Below, one piece after another: positions 22,335-33,679 of a stretch of 64,000 bases of DNA; the first letter of the stretch is position 1, and every line of letters starts with the position of its first letter. The stretch is from a phage. The notes beneath the pieces were generated by a model, which saw nothing but the letters and a program-made list of their open reading frames with translations, ran no database searches and was not told where the DNA came from. The DNA lies in the sequence record PX880102.1; one strand, 5' to 3'. Made by a program: the position numbers and the translations under genes.

Positions 22335-25300
22335 ATGGCCGAGATTAAAAGAAAGTTCAGAGCAGAAGATGGTCTGGACGCAGGTGGCGATAAAATAATC
22401 AACGTAGCTTTAGCTGATCGTGCCGTAGGAACTGACGGTGTTAACGTTGATTACCTAATTCAAGAAAACACAGTTCAACAATACGATCCAACTCGTGGAT
22501 ATTTAAAAGATTTTGTAATCATTTATGATAACCGTTTTTGGGCTGCTATAAATGATATTCCAAAACCAGCGGGAGCTTTTAATAGCGTACGCTGGAGAGC
22601 ATTACGTACTGATGCTAATTGGACAACTGTTTCATCAGGACCTTATCAATTAAAGTCAGGTGAATCAATTTCAGTTAATACTGCAGCAGGAAATGATATC
22701 ACATTTACTTTGCCAACTTCTCCAATTGATGGAGATACTATCGTTCTTCAAGATATTGGTGGAAAACCCGGAGTTAACCAAGTTTTAATTGTAGCTCCAG
22801 TGCAAAGTATTGTAAACTTTAGAGGCGAACAAGTACGATCAGTACTAATGACCCATCCAAAATCACAGATAGTTTTAATTTTTAGTAATCGTCTGTGGCA
22901 AATGTATGTGGCTGATTATAGCAGAGAAGCGGTAGTTGTGACGCCAGCAAGTCTCTACCAGGCGCAGTCAAACGATTTTATCGTGCGCAGATTTACTTCT
23001 GCTGCACCGATAAATATTAAACTTCCAAGATTTGCTAATCATGGCGATATTATTAATTTCGTTGATTTAGATAAATTAAATCCTCTTTATCATACAATTG
23101 TTACTACATATGATGAAACTACATCAGTACAAGAAGATGGAACTCATTCCATTGAAGGCCGTACATCTATTGATGGTTTCTTGATGTATGATGATAATGA
23201 GAAATTATGGAGATTATTTGACGGGGATAGTAAAGCACGTTTACGCATTATAACAACTAATTCTAATATTCGTCCAAACGAAGAAGTTATGGTATTTGGT
23301 GCGAATAATGGAACAACCCAAACAATTGAACTTCAGCTTCCGACTGATATTTCTGTTGGTGATACTGTCAAAATTTCCATGAATTACATGAGAAAAGGAC
23401 AAACAGTTAAAATCAAAGCTGCAGGTGAAGATAAAATTGCTTCTTCAGTTCAATTGCTGCAATTCCCAAAACGTTCAGAATATCCACCTGAAGCTGAATG
23501 GGTGACTGTTCAAGAATTAGTTTTTAACGGTGAAACTAATTATGTTCCAGTTTTACAACTTGCTTATATCGAAGATTCTGACGGAAAATACTGGGTTGTA
23601 CAGCAAAACGTTCCAACTGTAGAAAGAGTTGATTCTTTAAATGATTCTACTAGAGCAAGATTAGGCGTGATTGCTTTAGCTACACAAGCTCAAGCTAACG
23701 TCGATTTAGAAAATTCTCCACAAAAAGAATTAGCAATTACTCCAGAAACATTAGCTAACCGTACTGCTACAGAAACTCGTAGAGGTATCGCAAGAATAGC
23801 AACCACTGCTCAAGTGAACCAGGACACTACATTCTCTTTTGCTGATGATATTATCATCACTCCTAAAAAGCTGAATGAAAGAACAGCTACTGAAACTCGC
23901 AGAGGTGTTGCTGAAATTGCTACGCAGCAAGAAACTAATGCAGGAACCGATGATACTACAATCATCACTCCTAAAAAGCTTCAAGCTCGCCAAGGTTCTG
24001 AATCATTATCTGGTATTGTAACTTTTGTATCTACTGCAGGTGCTACTCCAGCTTCTAGCCGTGAATTAAATGGTACGAATGTTTATAATAAAAACACCAA
24101 TAATTTAGTTGTTTCACCTAAAGCTTTAGATCAGTATAAAGCTACTCCAACACAGCAAGGTGCGGTAATTTTAGCAGTTGAAAGTGAAGTAATTGCTGGA
24201 CAAAGTCAGGAAGGATGGGCAAATGCTGTTGTAACGCCAGAAACGTTACATAAAAAGACATCAACTGATGGAAGAATTGGTTTAATTGAAATTGCTACGC
24301 AAAGTGAAGTTAATACAGGAACTGATTATACACGTGCAGTCACTCCTAAAACTTTAAATGACCGTAGAGCAACTGAAAGTTTAAGTGGTATAGCTGAAAT
24401 TGCTACACAAGTTGAATTCGACGCAGGCGTCGACGATACTCGTATCTCTACACCATTAAAAATTAAAACTAGATTTAATAGTACTGATCGTACTTCTGTT
24501 GTTGCTCTATCTGGATTAGTTGAATCAGGAACTCTCTGGGACCATTATACCCTTAATATTCTTGAAGCAAATGAGACACAGCGTGGTACACTTCGTGTAG
24601 CTACACAGGTTGAAGCTGCTGCAGGAACATTAGATAATGTTTTAATAACTCCTAAAAAGCTTTTAGGTACTAAATCTACTGAAGCGCAAGAAGGTGTTAT
24701 TAAAGTTGCAACTCAGTCTGAAACTGTGGCTGGAACGTCAGCAAATACTGCTGTATCTCCAAAAAATTTAAAATGGATTGTGCAGAGTGAACCTACCTGG
24801 GCAGCTACTACTACAGTAAGAGGCTTTGTTAAAACTTCATCTGGTTCAATTACATTTGTCGGTAATGATACAGTCGGTTCTACCCAAGATTTAGAACTGT
24901 ATGAGAAAAATAGCTATGCAGTATCACCATACGAATTAAACCGTGTATTAGCAAATTATTTACCGTTAAAAGCAAAAGCTGCTGATAGTAATTTATTGGA
25001 TAGTCTAGATTCATCTCAGTTCATTCGTAGGGACATTGCGCAGACGGTTAATGGTTCACTAACCTTAACCCAACAAACGAATCTGAGTGCCCCTCTTGTA
25101 TCATCTAGTACTGCTACGTTTGGTGGATCAGTTTCGGCAAATAGTACACTAACTATTTCTAATACTGATAGAACAGCAACTCGTCTGATTTTTGAGAAAG
25201 GATCTCAAACTGGAACGAACCCGGCTCAAACGATGACAGTCAGCGTGTGGGGGAATCAATTTAGTGGGGAATCAAACACAACACGTTCTACCGTATTTGA

Positions 25301-26207
25301 AGTTAGTGATGAAACATCTTATCACTTTTATTCTCAACGCGATAAAGATGGTAATATAGCATTTAGCATTAATGGTACTGTAATGCCAATAAATGTGAAT
25401 GCTTTAGGAACATTGAATGCAAATGGTGTAGCAACATTTGGTAATTCAGTCACTGCAAGTGGTGAAATTATTTCTCGAAGCGCAAATGCTTTCCGTGCTA
25501 TTAACGGAAATTATGGTTTTATTGTTCGCAATGACGGGTCAGTAACGAATTTTATGCTTACTGCATCGGGCGATCAGACTGGTGGATTTAATGGATTACG
25601 TCCATTAACTATTAATAATGCATCTGGTCAAGTAACGATTGGTGAAAGCTTAATCATTGCCAAAGGTGCTACTATAAATTCAGGCGGTTTAACTGTTAAC
25701 TCGAGAATTCGTTCTCAGGGCACTAAAACATCTGACTTATATACCCGTGTGCCGACATCTGATACTGTAGGATTCTGGTCAATTGACATTAATGATTCAG
25801 CTACTTATAACCAGTTCCCGGGTTATTTTGAAATGGTTGAAAAAACTAATGAAGTGACTGGACTTCCATACTTAGAACGTGGCGAAGAGGTTAAATCTCC
25901 TGGTACATTGACTCAGTTTGGTAACACACTTGATTCGCTTTACCAAGATTGGATTACTTATCCAACTACCCCAGAAGCTCGCACCACTCGCTGGACACGC
26001 ACATGGCAGAAAACCAAAAATTCTTGGTCAAGTTTTGTTCAGGTATTTGATGGAGGTAACCCTCCTCAGCCATCTGATATTGGTGCTTTACCATCTGATA
26101 ATGCTATAATGGGGAATCTTACTATTCGTGATTTCTTACGAATTGGTAATGTTCGCATTATTCCTGACCCAGTGAATAAAACGGTTAAATTTGAATGGGT
26201 TGAATAA
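22335..26207 (+). CDS. 34: gp34 long tail fibre proximal subunit (1290 aa)
   Basis: size; repeated ITPKKL...ATETRRG fibre motifs; late promoter upstream. Confidence 0.9.
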   Translation: MAEIKRKFRAEDGLDAGGDKIINVALADRAVGTDGVNVDYLIQENTVQQYDPTRGYLKDFVIIYDNRFWAAINDIPKPAGAFNSVRWRALRTDANWTTVSSGPYQLKSGESISVNTAAGNDITFTLPTSPIDGDTIVLQDIGGKPGVNQVLIVAPVQSIVNFRGEQVRSVLMTHPKSQIVLIFSNRLWQMYVADYSREAVVVTPASLYQAQSNDFIVRRFTSAAPINIKLPRFANHGDIINFVDLDKLNPLYHTIVTTYDETTSVQEDGTHSIEGRTSIDGFLMYDDNEKLWRLFDGDSKARLRIITTNSNIRPNEEVMVFGANNGTTQTIELQLPTDISVGDTVKISMNYMRKGQTVKIKAAGEDKIASSVQLLQFPKRSEYPPEAEWVTVQELVFNGETNYVPVLQLAYIEDSDGKYWVVQQNVPTVERVDSLNDSTRARLGVIALATQAQANVDLENSPQKELAITPETLANRTATETRRGIARIATTAQVNQDTTFSFADDIIITPKKLNERTATETRRGVAEIATQQETNAGTDDTTIITPKKLQARQGSESLSGIVTFVSTAGATPASSRELNGTNVYNKNTNNLVVSPKALDQYKATPTQQGAVILAVESEVIAGQSQEGWANAVVTPETLHKKTSTDGRIGLIEIATQSEVNTGTDYTRAVTPKTLNDRRATESLSGIAEIATQVEFDAGVDDTRISTPLKIKTRFNSTDRTSVVALSGLVESGTLWDHYTLNILEANETQRGTLRVATQVEAAAGTLDNVLITPKKLLGTKSTEAQEGVIKVATQSETVAGTSANTAVSPKNLKWIVQSEPTWAATTTVRGFVKTSSGSITFVGNDTVGSTQDLELYEKNSYAVSPYELNRVLANYLPLKAKAADSNLLDSLDSSQFIRRDIAQTVNGSLTLTQQTNLSAPLVSSSTATFGGSVSANSTLTISNTDRTATRLIFEKGSQTGTNPAQTMTVSVWGNQFSGESNTTRSTVFEVSDETSYHFYSQRDKDGNIAFSINGTVMPINVNALGTLNANGVATFGNSVTASGEIISRSANAFRAINGNYGFIVRNDGSVTNFMLTASGDQTGGFNGLRPLTINNASGQVTIGESLIIAKGATINSGGLTVNSRIRSQGTKTSDLYTRVPTSDTVGFWSIDINDSATYNQFPGYFEMVEKTNEVTGLPYLERGEEVKSPGTLTQFGNTLDSLYQDWITYPTTPEARTTRWTRTWQKTKNSWSSFVQVFDGGNPPQPSDIGALPSDNAIMGNLTIRDFLRIGNVRIIPDPVNKTVKFEWVE

Positions 26208-26215
26208 GAGGTATT

Positions 26216-27331
26216 ATGGAAAAATTTATGGCAGAGTTTGGACAAGGATATGTCCAAACGCCATTTTTATCGGAAAGTAATTCAGTAAGATATAAAATAA
26301 GTATAGCGGGTTCTTGCCCGCTTTCTACTGCAGGACCATACGTCAAATTTCAGGATAATCTTGTTGGAAGCCAAACATTTAGCGCAGGTCTTCATTTAAG
26401 AGTTTTTGACCCTTCTACAGGAGCATTAGTTGATAGTAAGTCATATGCTTTTTCAACTTCAAATGATACTACATCAGCTGCTTTTGTTAGTTTCATGAAT
26501 TCTTTGGCGAATAACAGACTTGTTGCTATATTAACTAGCGGAAAGGTTAATTTTCCTCCTGAAGTAGTATCTTGGTTAAGAGCAGCAGGAACGTCTGCTT
26601 TTCCATCTGATTCTTTATTGTCAAGATTTGACGTATCATATGCTGCCTTTTATACTTCTTCCAAAGGAGCTATTGCATTAGAACATGTTAAACTAAGTAA
26701 TAGAAAAAGCACAGATGACTATCAAACTATTTTAGATGTTGTATTTGACAGTTTAGAAGACGTTGGAGCTACGGGATTTCCTAAAAGAACATATGAAAGC
26801 GTGGAGCAATTTATGTCAGCAGTCGGTGGAACTAATAACGAAATTGCACGTTTACCAACTTCATCCGCAATAAGTAAACTCTCTGATTATAATTTAATTC
26901 CTGGCGATGTTCTTTATCTTAAAGCGCAGTTATATGCTGATGCAGATTTACTTGCGCTTGGAACTACAAATATATCTATCCGTTTTTATGATGAATCGAA
27001 TGGATATATTTCTTCAACACATGCCGAGTTTACTGGTCAAGCTGGGTCATGGGAATTAAAGGAAGACTATGTAGTTATTCCAGAAAATGCAGTAGGATTT
27101 ACGATATATGCACAAAGAACTGCGCAAGCAGGTCAAGGTGGCATGAGAAATTTAAGCTTTTCTGAAGTATCAAGAAATGGAGGAATTTCAAAACCTGCTG
27201 AATTTGGCGTCAATGGTATTCGAGTTAATTATGTCTGTGAATCTGCTTCACCTCCGGATATAATGGTACTTCCTACACAAGCATCGTCTAAAACTGGTAA
27301 AGTGTTTGGACAAGAATTTAGAGAAGTTTAA
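26216..27331 (+). CDS. 35: gp35 long tail fibre hinge protein (371 aa)
   Basis: size and order 34-35-36-37. Confidence 0.85.
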   Translation: MEKFMAEFGQGYVQTPFLSESNSVRYKISIAGSCPLSTAGPYVKFQDNLVGSQTFSAGLHLRVFDPSTGALVDSKSYAFSTSNDTTSAAFVSFMNSLANNRLVAILTSGKVNFPPEVVSWLRAAGTSAFPSDSLLSRFDVSYAAFYTSSKGAIALEHVKLSNRKSTDDYQTILDVVFDSLEDVGATGFPKRTYESVEQFMSAVGGTNNEIARLPTSSAISKLSDYNLIPGDVLYLKAQLYADADLLALGTTNISIRFYDESNGYISSTHAEFTGQAGSWELKEDYVVIPENAVGFTIYAQRTAQAGQGGMRNLSFSEVSRNGGISKPAEFGVNGIRVNYVCESASPPDIMVLPTQASSKTGKVFGQEFREV

Positions 27332-27336
27332 ATTGA

Positions 27337-27359
27337 GGGAGCCTTCGGGTTCCCTTTTT
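27337..27359 (+). terminator. intrinsic terminator after gene 35
   Basis: GGGAGCC-UUCG-GGUUCCC hairpin plus UUUUU. Confidence 0.65.
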
Positions 27360-27362
27360 CTT

Positions 27363-27370
27363 TATAAATA
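27363..27370 (+). promoter_or_regulatory. late promoter TATAAATA for genes 36-37-38
   Basis: exact TATAAATA 24 nt upstream of the gene 36 ATG. Confidence 0.65.
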
Positions 27371-27393
27371 CTATTAAAATAAAGGGGCATACA

Positions 27394-28050
27394 ATGGCTG
27401 ATTTAAAAGTAGGTTCAACAACTGGAGGCTCTGTCATTTGGCATCAAGGAAATTTTCCATTGAATCCAGCCGGTGACGATGTACTCTATAAATCATTTAA
27501 AATATATTCAGAATATAATAAGCCACAAGCTGCCGATAACGATTTCGTTTCTAAAGCTAATGGCGGTACGTATTTAAATAAAGTAATTTTTAATAAAGGA
27601 ATGACTGTTCCTGGCGCAGGGTCAGGTGATAATGGTATTTTTGCTGGTCCTGGTGATAGTGCCACGTATGATACTACAAATATGGATATTGTTTCGTGGT
27701 ATGGTATTGGTTTTAAATCATCACAAGGAACAGCAGGTAGAACTGTAGTAATTAACACGCGAAATGGAGATATTAGCTCAAAGGGTGTAATTGAAGCATC
27801 ACAAATCCGTGTAACTTCGTTATCACCAGTAAATAATTATGACCTTACGCGGAAAGATTATGTTGATGGAGCAATAAATATTGTTACAGCAAACGCAAAC
27901 TCTAGGGTATTACGCTCTGGAGACACTATGACAGGAAATTTAACTGCGCCAAACCTTTTTTCACAGAATCCTGCATCTCAACCCTCGCATGTTCCACGAT
28001 TTGACCAAATTGTTATTAAGGATTCTGTTCAAGATTTCGGCTATTATTAA
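27394..28050 (+). CDS. 36: gp36 long tail fibre distal connector (218 aa)
   Basis: size and order; own late promoter. Confidence 0.85.
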   Translation: MADLKVGSTTGGSVIWHQGNFPLNPAGDDVLYKSFKIYSEYNKPQAADNDFVSKANGGTYLNKVIFNKGMTVPGAGSGDNGIFAGPGDSATYDTTNMDIVSWYGIGFKSSQGTAGRTVVINTRNGDISSKGVIEASQIRVTSLSPVNNYDLTRKDYVDGAINIVTANANSRVLRSGDTMTGNLTAPNLFSQNPASQPSHVPRFDQIVIKDSVQDFGYY

Positions 28051-28058
28051 GAGGACTT

Positions 28059-31000
28059 ATGGCTACTTTAAAACAAATACAATTTAAAAGAAGCAAAACT
28101 GCAGGAGCACGTCCTGCCGCTTCAGTATTAGCCGAAGGTGAATTGGCTATAAACTTAAAAGACCGTGTACTTTTTACTAAAGATGACCAAGGAAATATTA
28201 TTGATCTGGGTTTTGCTAAAGGCGGTAGTATTGACGGGAATGTTATTCATACAGGCAATTATAACCAAACTGGCGATTATACTTTAAATGGTGTCTTCAC
28301 TCAGACTGGTAATTTTAATTTAACTGGTATTGCTCGAGTAACTCGCGATATTATTGCCGCTGGGCAGATTATGACTGAAGGCGGAGAACTTATTACAAAA
28401 AGTTCAGGTACAGCGCATGTTCGTTTTTTCGATAACAATAGTCGCGAACGCGGAATCATTTATGCCCCGGCTAATGATGGTTTAACTACACAAGTACTTA
28501 ATATCAGGGTTCAAGACTACGCCGCTGGTAGCGAAAGCACTTATGCATTTTCAGGCAGTGGACTATTTACTTCACCTGAAGTATCAGCATGGAAATCTAT
28601 TTCGTCTCCACAAATTCTAACCAACAAAGTCATTACTAATAATAAATCTACGGGTGATTATGACATCTATTCGATGGCAGACAATGTTCCATTGTCTGAA
28701 AGCACTACTGCTATTAATCATCTTCGTGTCATGCGTAATGCCGTTGGTTCTAGTATTTTCCATGAAGTTAAAGATAATGATGGAATAACTTGGTATGCAG
28801 GTGATGGACTTGACACCTATCTTTGGTCATTTACTTGGAGCGGCGGAATTAAATCGAGTCACTCAATTTCTATTGGTTTAACACCTGGTAATAAAGATTA
28901 TTCAATATTAGGACCATCTAGTATTGCTTTAGGAGATAATGATACTGGATTTAAATGGCATCAAGATGGATATTATTTTAGCGTTAATAATGGAACAAAA
29001 ACGTTTTTATTTAGTCCTAGCGAAACAACTAGCCTAAGAAAATTTGTAGCTGGATATTCTACTAACGGAACCGATTTAACTACTCCTCCAACTGAAAACT
29101 ATGCATTAGCCACTGTTGTTACTTACCATGATAATAACGCATACGGCGACGGTCAAACTCTTTTAGGATATTATCAAGGCGGTAACTATCATCATTATTT
29201 CCGCGGTAAAGGTACTACAAACATTAATACTCACGGCGGTTTGTTAGTTACTCCTGGTAATATTGACGTTATTGGTGGTTCTGTTAATATCGATGGTAGA
29301 AATAATAATTCAATTTTAATGTTTAAAGGCTATACCATGGGTCAAAGCTCCGTTGATAACATGTATATAGCTGTTTGGGGAAATACTTTTACTAATCCAA
29401 GTGAAGGCACCCGTAAAAATGTCATGGAAATTTCTGATGATATTGGATGGATGCATTATATTCAACGAACAACTGCAGGTAAAGTCGAATCGGTTCTAAA
29501 CGGCACCCAGATTGTTAATGAAAACTTGACCGTAGTAAAAAATGCTACATTTGATGGTACAATCAGCGCAGCAGGTGAAATTTCATCTGGGGCTGTGAAT
29601 GCGCTTCGTATTTGGAACGCAGATTATGGAGCTATTTTTAGACGTTCAGAAGGCAGTCTTCATATTATTCCAACTGCTTACGGTGAAGGTAAATATGGCG
29701 ATATCGGTCCACTTCGCCCGTTTAGTATGGCTTTAGATACCGGTAAAGTTACTATTCCAGATTTACAATCAAGTTACAATACGTTTGCTGCTAACGGCTA
29801 TATTAAATTTGTTGGTCATGGAGCGGGTGCCGGCGGTTATGACATTCAATATGCTCAAGCGGCTCCTATTTTCCAGGAAATTGATGATGATGCTGTAAGC
29901 AAATATTATCCTATTGTTAAACAGAAGTTTTTAAATGGTAAAGCCGTTTGGTCTTTAGGTACTGAAATTAATTCGGGTACATTCGTTATTCATCATCTGA
30001 AAGAAGATGGTTCACAAGGCCATACGTCTCGTTTTAATCAAGACGGTACTGTTAACTTCCCAGATAACGTTTCTGTCGGCGGCGGTGAAGCTACTATTGC
30101 TCGCAATGGTAATATCTGGTCTGATATCTGGAAAACGTTTACTTTAGCAGGCGACGTAACTAATATTCGCGATGCAATAGCTACTCGTGTTGCTAAAGAA
30201 GGTGATACGATGACCGGTAGGTTGACTTTATCTGCTGGAAATGATGCCCTTGTTTTAACTGCAGGCACGGGCGCTTCATCGCACATCCGTAGTGATGTAG
30301 GTGGTACAAATAATTGGTTTATAGGCAAAGGCGGCGGCGACAATGGTCTAAGTTTTTACAGTTACATTACACAAGGCGGTGTGAACATAACAAATAACGG
30401 CGAAATAGCGCTTTCTCCTCAAGGACAAGGAGCGTTTAATTTTAATAGAGACCGCCTTCATATAAACGGTACACAATGGACCGCACACCAGGCTGGCGAT
30501 TGGGGAAATCAATGGCGCCAGGAAGCTCCTGTATTTGTGGATTTTGGTAATGTCGGTAATGATAGTTATTATCCTATTATTAAAGGAAAATCTGGTATTA
30601 CTAATGAAGGGTATATATCTGGTGTAGATTTTGGTATGCGACGCATTCCTAATAACTGGGCACAAGGTATTATTCGTGTAGGTAATCAGGAAAACGGTTC
30701 CGACCCACAAGCTATCTTCGAATTCCACCATAATGGAAACATGTGCGTTCCTGACATGGTTAAAGCTGGAGTAAGAATATCAGCCGGTGGAGGTGACCCT
30801 GTATGGACAGGCGCATGTGTTGTTATTGGTGATAATGACACCGGATTAGTTCATGGTGGTGACGGCCGAATCAATATGGTTGCCAATGGTATACATATTG
30901 CAAACTGGGGAGCAGGCTATCAATCTCATCCTGGGCTTTGGGATTCAACCGGTGCTTTTTGGACAGAAGTTGGAAGAGCTATCGTTTCTCATGGGCATCT

Positions 31001-31388
31001 CGTTCAGGCAAATGATAGTTATTCAACGTTTGTCCGTGATGTTTATGTCCGTTCTGATATTCGTGTTAAAAAAGACCTTGTTAAATTTGAAAATGCTTCT
31101 GAGAAGCTTTCAAAAATTAATGGTTACACTTATATGCAGAAGCGAGGCCTAGATGAAGAAGGTAATCAAAAATGGGAACCTAATGCCGGTTTAATTGCCC
31201 AAGAAGTTCAAGCTATTTTACCTGAATTAGTTGAAGGCGATCAGGATAGTGAAGCTTTACTTCGTTTGAACTATAACGGTGTAATTGGTTTAAATACAGC
31301 TGCAATCAATGAGCATACTGCAGAAATTGCAGAACTTAAATCAGAAATTGAAGAACTTAAAGCATTAGTTAAATCATTGTTAAAATAA
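28059..31388 (+). CDS. 37: gp37 long tail fibre distal subunit (1109 aa) with C-terminal intramolecular chaperone domain
   Basis: size and order; C-terminal SDIRVKKD motif followed by a coiled-coil tail. Confidence 0.9.
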   Translation: MATLKQIQFKRSKTAGARPAASVLAEGELAINLKDRVLFTKDDQGNIIDLGFAKGGSIDGNVIHTGNYNQTGDYTLNGVFTQTGNFNLTGIARVTRDIIAAGQIMTEGGELITKSSGTAHVRFFDNNSRERGIIYAPANDGLTTQVLNIRVQDYAAGSESTYAFSGSGLFTSPEVSAWKSISSPQILTNKVITNNKSTGDYDIYSMADNVPLSESTTAINHLRVMRNAVGSSIFHEVKDNDGITWYAGDGLDTYLWSFTWSGGIKSSHSISIGLTPGNKDYSILGPSSIALGDNDTGFKWHQDGYYFSVNNGTKTFLFSPSETTSLRKFVAGYSTNGTDLTTPPTENYALATVVTYHDNNAYGDGQTLLGYYQGGNYHHYFRGKGTTNINTHGGLLVTPGNIDVIGGSVNIDGRNNNSILMFKGYTMGQSSVDNMYIAVWGNTFTNPSEGTRKNVMEISDDIGWMHYIQRTTAGKVESVLNGTQIVNENLTVVKNATFDGTISAAGEISSGAVNALRIWNADYGAIFRRSEGSLHIIPTAYGEGKYGDIGPLRPFSMALDTGKVTIPDLQSSYNTFAANGYIKFVGHGAGAGGYDIQYAQAAPIFQEIDDDAVSKYYPIVKQKFLNGKAVWSLGTEINSGTFVIHHLKEDGSQGHTSRFNQDGTVNFPDNVSVGGGEATIARNGNIWSDIWKTFTLAGDVTNIRDAIATRVAKEGDTMTGRLTLSAGNDALVLTAGTGASSHIRSDVGGTNNWFIGKGGGDNGLSFYSYITQGGVNITNNGEIALSPQGQGAFNFNRDRLHINGTQWTAHQAGDWGNQWRQEAPVFVDFGNVGNDSYYPIIKGKSGITNEGYISGVDFGMRRIPNNWAQGIIRVGNQENGSDPQAIFEFHHNGNMCVPDMVKAGVRISAGGGDPVWTGACVVIGDNDTGLVHGGDGRINMVANGIHIANWGAGYQSHPGLWDSTGAFWTEVGRAIVSHGHLVQANDSYSTFVRDVYVRSDIRVKKDLVKFENASEKLSKINGYTYMQKRGLDEEGNQKWEPNAGLIAQEVQAILPELVEGDQDSEALLRLNYNGVIGLNTAAINEHTAEIAELKSEIEELKALVKSLLK

Positions 31389-31393
31389 TAAGA

Positions 31394-31407
31394 GGGGCTT
31401 CGGCCCC
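31394..31407 (+). other. GC stem-loop between genes 37 and 38
   Basis: GGGGC-UUCG-GCCCC hairpin directly before the gp38 RBS; no U-run. Confidence 0.5.
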
Positions 31408-31419
31408 TTGGAGGTTTAT

Positions 31420-32196
31420 ATGGCAGTAACAGGACCGTGGGTAGGATCGTCTGCAGTAGTTAATACAGGACAAAATTGGATGGGTGGTGCCGCGCAGAGA
31501 TTGAGAATGGGAATTCCGTTTTGGATGAGTAATATGATAGGTAGATCTGTTGAAATAATTCACACGCTTGGAGCAGACCATAACTTCAATGGTCAATGGT
31601 TCCGAGATAGATGTTTTGAGGCAGGTAGTGCACCTATAGTGTTTAATATCACTGGAGATTTAGTATCATATTCTAAAGATGTTCCTTTATTCTTCATGTA
31701 TGGAGATACACCGAATGAATATGTTCAGTTGAATATACACGGCGTAACGATGTATGGACGTGGCGGTAATGGCGGTAGCAATAGTCCTGGTTCAGCTGGA
31801 GGTCATTGTATTCAAAACGATATTGGTGGGAGACTAAGAATTAATAATGGCGGAGCTATTGCTGGAGGTGGCGGCGGTGGCGGTGGCGGATATTATTCTC
31901 CTTTTTCACAAATGAGATTGACTTTTGGAGGTGGCGGCGGGCGTCCGTTTGGCGCACCGGGCGGATCTATTGATATGCAATCAGGAGCAACTGCTGGTAC
32001 TATTTCTGCGCCTGGCGCAGGGTCCGTGAACGGTATCTATAGCGGCGGTGGCGGTGGCGAAGTTGGCTCCGCAGGAGGTAGATGTAATATTCGTGGTCAA
32101 GGATATGAATACGATGGCGGAGCTGCTGGTTATGCCGTCATAGGGTCTACACCGACATGGCAAAACGTTGGAGCAATATATGGTCCAAGAGTATAA
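31420..32196 (+). CDS. 38: gp38 T2-type receptor-recognising adhesin with glycine-rich motifs (258 aa)
   Basis: MAVTGPW start 5 nt after GGAGG; poly-Gly blocks separated by variable segments; ORF track start 31408 rejected. Confidence 0.9.
   Translation: MAVTGPWVGSSAVVNTGQNWMGGAAQRLRMGIPFWMSNMIGRSVEIIHTLGADHNFNGQWFRDRCFEAGSAPIVFNITGDLVSYSKDVPLFFMYGDTPNEYVQLNIHGVTMYGRGGNGGSNSPGSAGGHCIQNDIGGRLRINNGGAIAGGGGGGGGGYYSPFSQMRLTFGGGGGRPFGAPGGSIDMQSGATAGTISAPGAGSVNGIYSGGGGGEVGSAGGRCNIRGQGYEYDGGAAGYAVIGSTPTWQNVGAIYGPRV
31864..31890 (+). repeat. GGN codon simple repeat (poly-Gly block) inside gene 38
   Basis: ggtggcggcggtggcggtggcgga. Confidence 0.6.
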
Positions 32197-32226
32197 TTTG
32201 AATAAATATCCTTAAAAGGAGGGTCT

Positions 32227-32883
32227 ATGGCAGCACCTAGAATATCATTTTCGCCCTCTGATATTCTGTTGGGTGTTCTAGATCGCTTGTTCAAAGATAA
32301 CGCTACCGGGAAAGTTCTTGCTTCCCGGGTAGCTGTCGTAATTCTTTTATTTATGATGGCGATTGTTTGGTATAGGGGAGATAGTTTCTTTGAGTACTAT
32401 AAGCAATCAAAGTATGAAACATACAGTGAAATTATTGAAAAGGAAAGAAATGCACGCTTTGAATCTGTCGCCCTGGAACAACTCCAGATAGTTCATATAT
32501 CATCTGAGGCAGACTTTAGTGCGGTGTATTCTTTCCGCCCTAAAAACTTAAACTATTTTGTCGATATTATAGCATACGAAGGAAGATTACCTTCGACAAT
32601 AACAGAAAAATCACTTGGAGGATATCCTGTTGATAAAACTATGGATGAATATGCAGTTCATTTAAATGGACGTCATTATTATTCTGACTCAAAATTTGCT
32701 TTTTTACCAACTAAAAAGCCTACTCCCGAAATAAACTACATGTACAGTTGTCCATATTTCAATTTGGATAATATCTATGCTGGAACGATAACCATGTACT
32801 GGTATAGAAATGATCATATAAGTAATGACCGCCTTGAATCAATATGTGCTCAGGCGGCCAGAATATTAGGAAGGGCTAAATAA
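32227..32883 (+). CDS. t: holin T (218 aa)
   Basis: 218 aa; single N-terminal TM segment and large periplasmic domain; position after gene 38. Confidence 0.85.
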   Translation: MAAPRISFSPSDILLGVLDRLFKDNATGKVLASRVAVVILLFMMAIVWYRGDSFFEYYKQSKYETYSEIIEKERNARFESVALEQLQIVHISSEADFSAVYSFRPKNLNYFVDIIAYEGRLPSTITEKSLGGYPVDKTMDEYAVHLNGRHYYSDSKFAFLPTKKPTPEINYMYSCPYFNLDNIYAGTITMYWYRNDHISNDRLESICAQAARILGRAK

Positions 32884-33156
32884 TTATTTGTTCGTATACA
32901 TCTCTAGATATCGATATACACCCTCAAAACCCTCGTTGAATTCGTCGATGAGGGTTTTCTTATCTTCTTGAGTTAATTCAGAAACAATTTTACGGAATGA
33001 ATTCTGATTTAATTTTCTACCTTCATGCGTTACTCCAATCTCATTCAGAAATGCAATAAAATTAGCACGATTCTCAACAATATCTTCTCTGGAAAATTTA
33101 ATCAAAATAGACGCAACAGTAATAATTTCACGAACTGTATCAATATTTTTATTCAT
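32884..33156 (-). CDS. asiA: anti-sigma70 factor AsiA (90 aa)
   Basis: MNKNIDTVREIITVASILIKFSREDIVENRANF... matches T4 AsiA. Confidence 0.9.
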   Translation of the reverse strand: MNKNIDTVREIITVASILIKFSREDIVENRANFIAFLNEIGVTHEGRKLNQNSFRKIVSELTQEDKKTLIDEFNEGFEGVYRYLEMYTNK

Positions 33157-33185
33157 TAACTATACCACTCAATTAGTTGACTTTA

Positions 33186-33219
33186 CTATAATATCATCAG
33201 ACGTTTGATTTGTAAACTG
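33186..33219 (-). promoter_or_regulatory. early promoter for asiA
   Basis: GTTTAC (33212-33217 rc), 18 nt, TATTAT. Confidence 0.5.
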
Positions 33220-33317
33220 GTCTGTGGTATTTTCTTCAAAAATTTTTTCTACGAATTCCTTGAACGACTTACGTTCCTGAGCTGCATTATGCTCGATTAC
33301 TTTTTCAAGATTATGAC

Positions 33318-33596
33318 TCATTCGAAATAATCTTCAATTTCATAATCATGGACATAAATCATTATAGTTTTTAATACATCATCAATACTTTTTCCTGGAG
33401 CTGGAATTACGTAAAAATATCCCGCCTTTGAATTATCTTTATAAGTTCCAACCAAGAAATCATTATTCTCGAGATGTAGTTCTTCAACTAATTCATTAAC
33501 AATTGAGTGGTATAAATTTGGTAGTAACTTGTATAGCTTTTCTAGAATATCAATTTTGATTGTGTATTGAACCACAGACTGAGAATCAATAATCAT
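33318..33596 (-). CDS. arn: probable Arn anti-restriction (McrBC inhibitor) protein (92 aa)
   Basis: 92 aa acidic protein directly upstream of asiA as in T4. Confidence 0.65.
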   Translation of the reverse strand: MIIDSQSVVQYTIKIDILEKLYKLLPNLYHSIVNELVEELHLENNDFLVGTYKDNSKAGYFYVIPAPGKSIDDVLKTIMIYVHDYEIEDYFE

Positions 33597-33679
33597 AGAC
33601 CTTCCCCTTATGTTTCTGTTTGCGATTAGATTCTTTAAACGCTTTCTTCTTATCTTTATGGACAGAAGCTTTATTAAAA

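Noticed and set aside
23751-23993. Minus-strand ORFs inside tail fibre genes 34, 37 and 38 (23751..23993, 30038..30731, 31981..32163)
   Set aside because: Embedded antisense in long, repeat-rich plus-strand structural genes; Ser/Cys or Pro-rich translations reflect the complementary strand of Gly/Thr/Ala codons.
31408-31419. ORF-track start for gene 38 at 31408 ([11 protein letters not shown])
   Set aside because: That start lies inside the 37-38 stem-loop; the ATG at 31420 has a GGAGG RBS at correct spacing.
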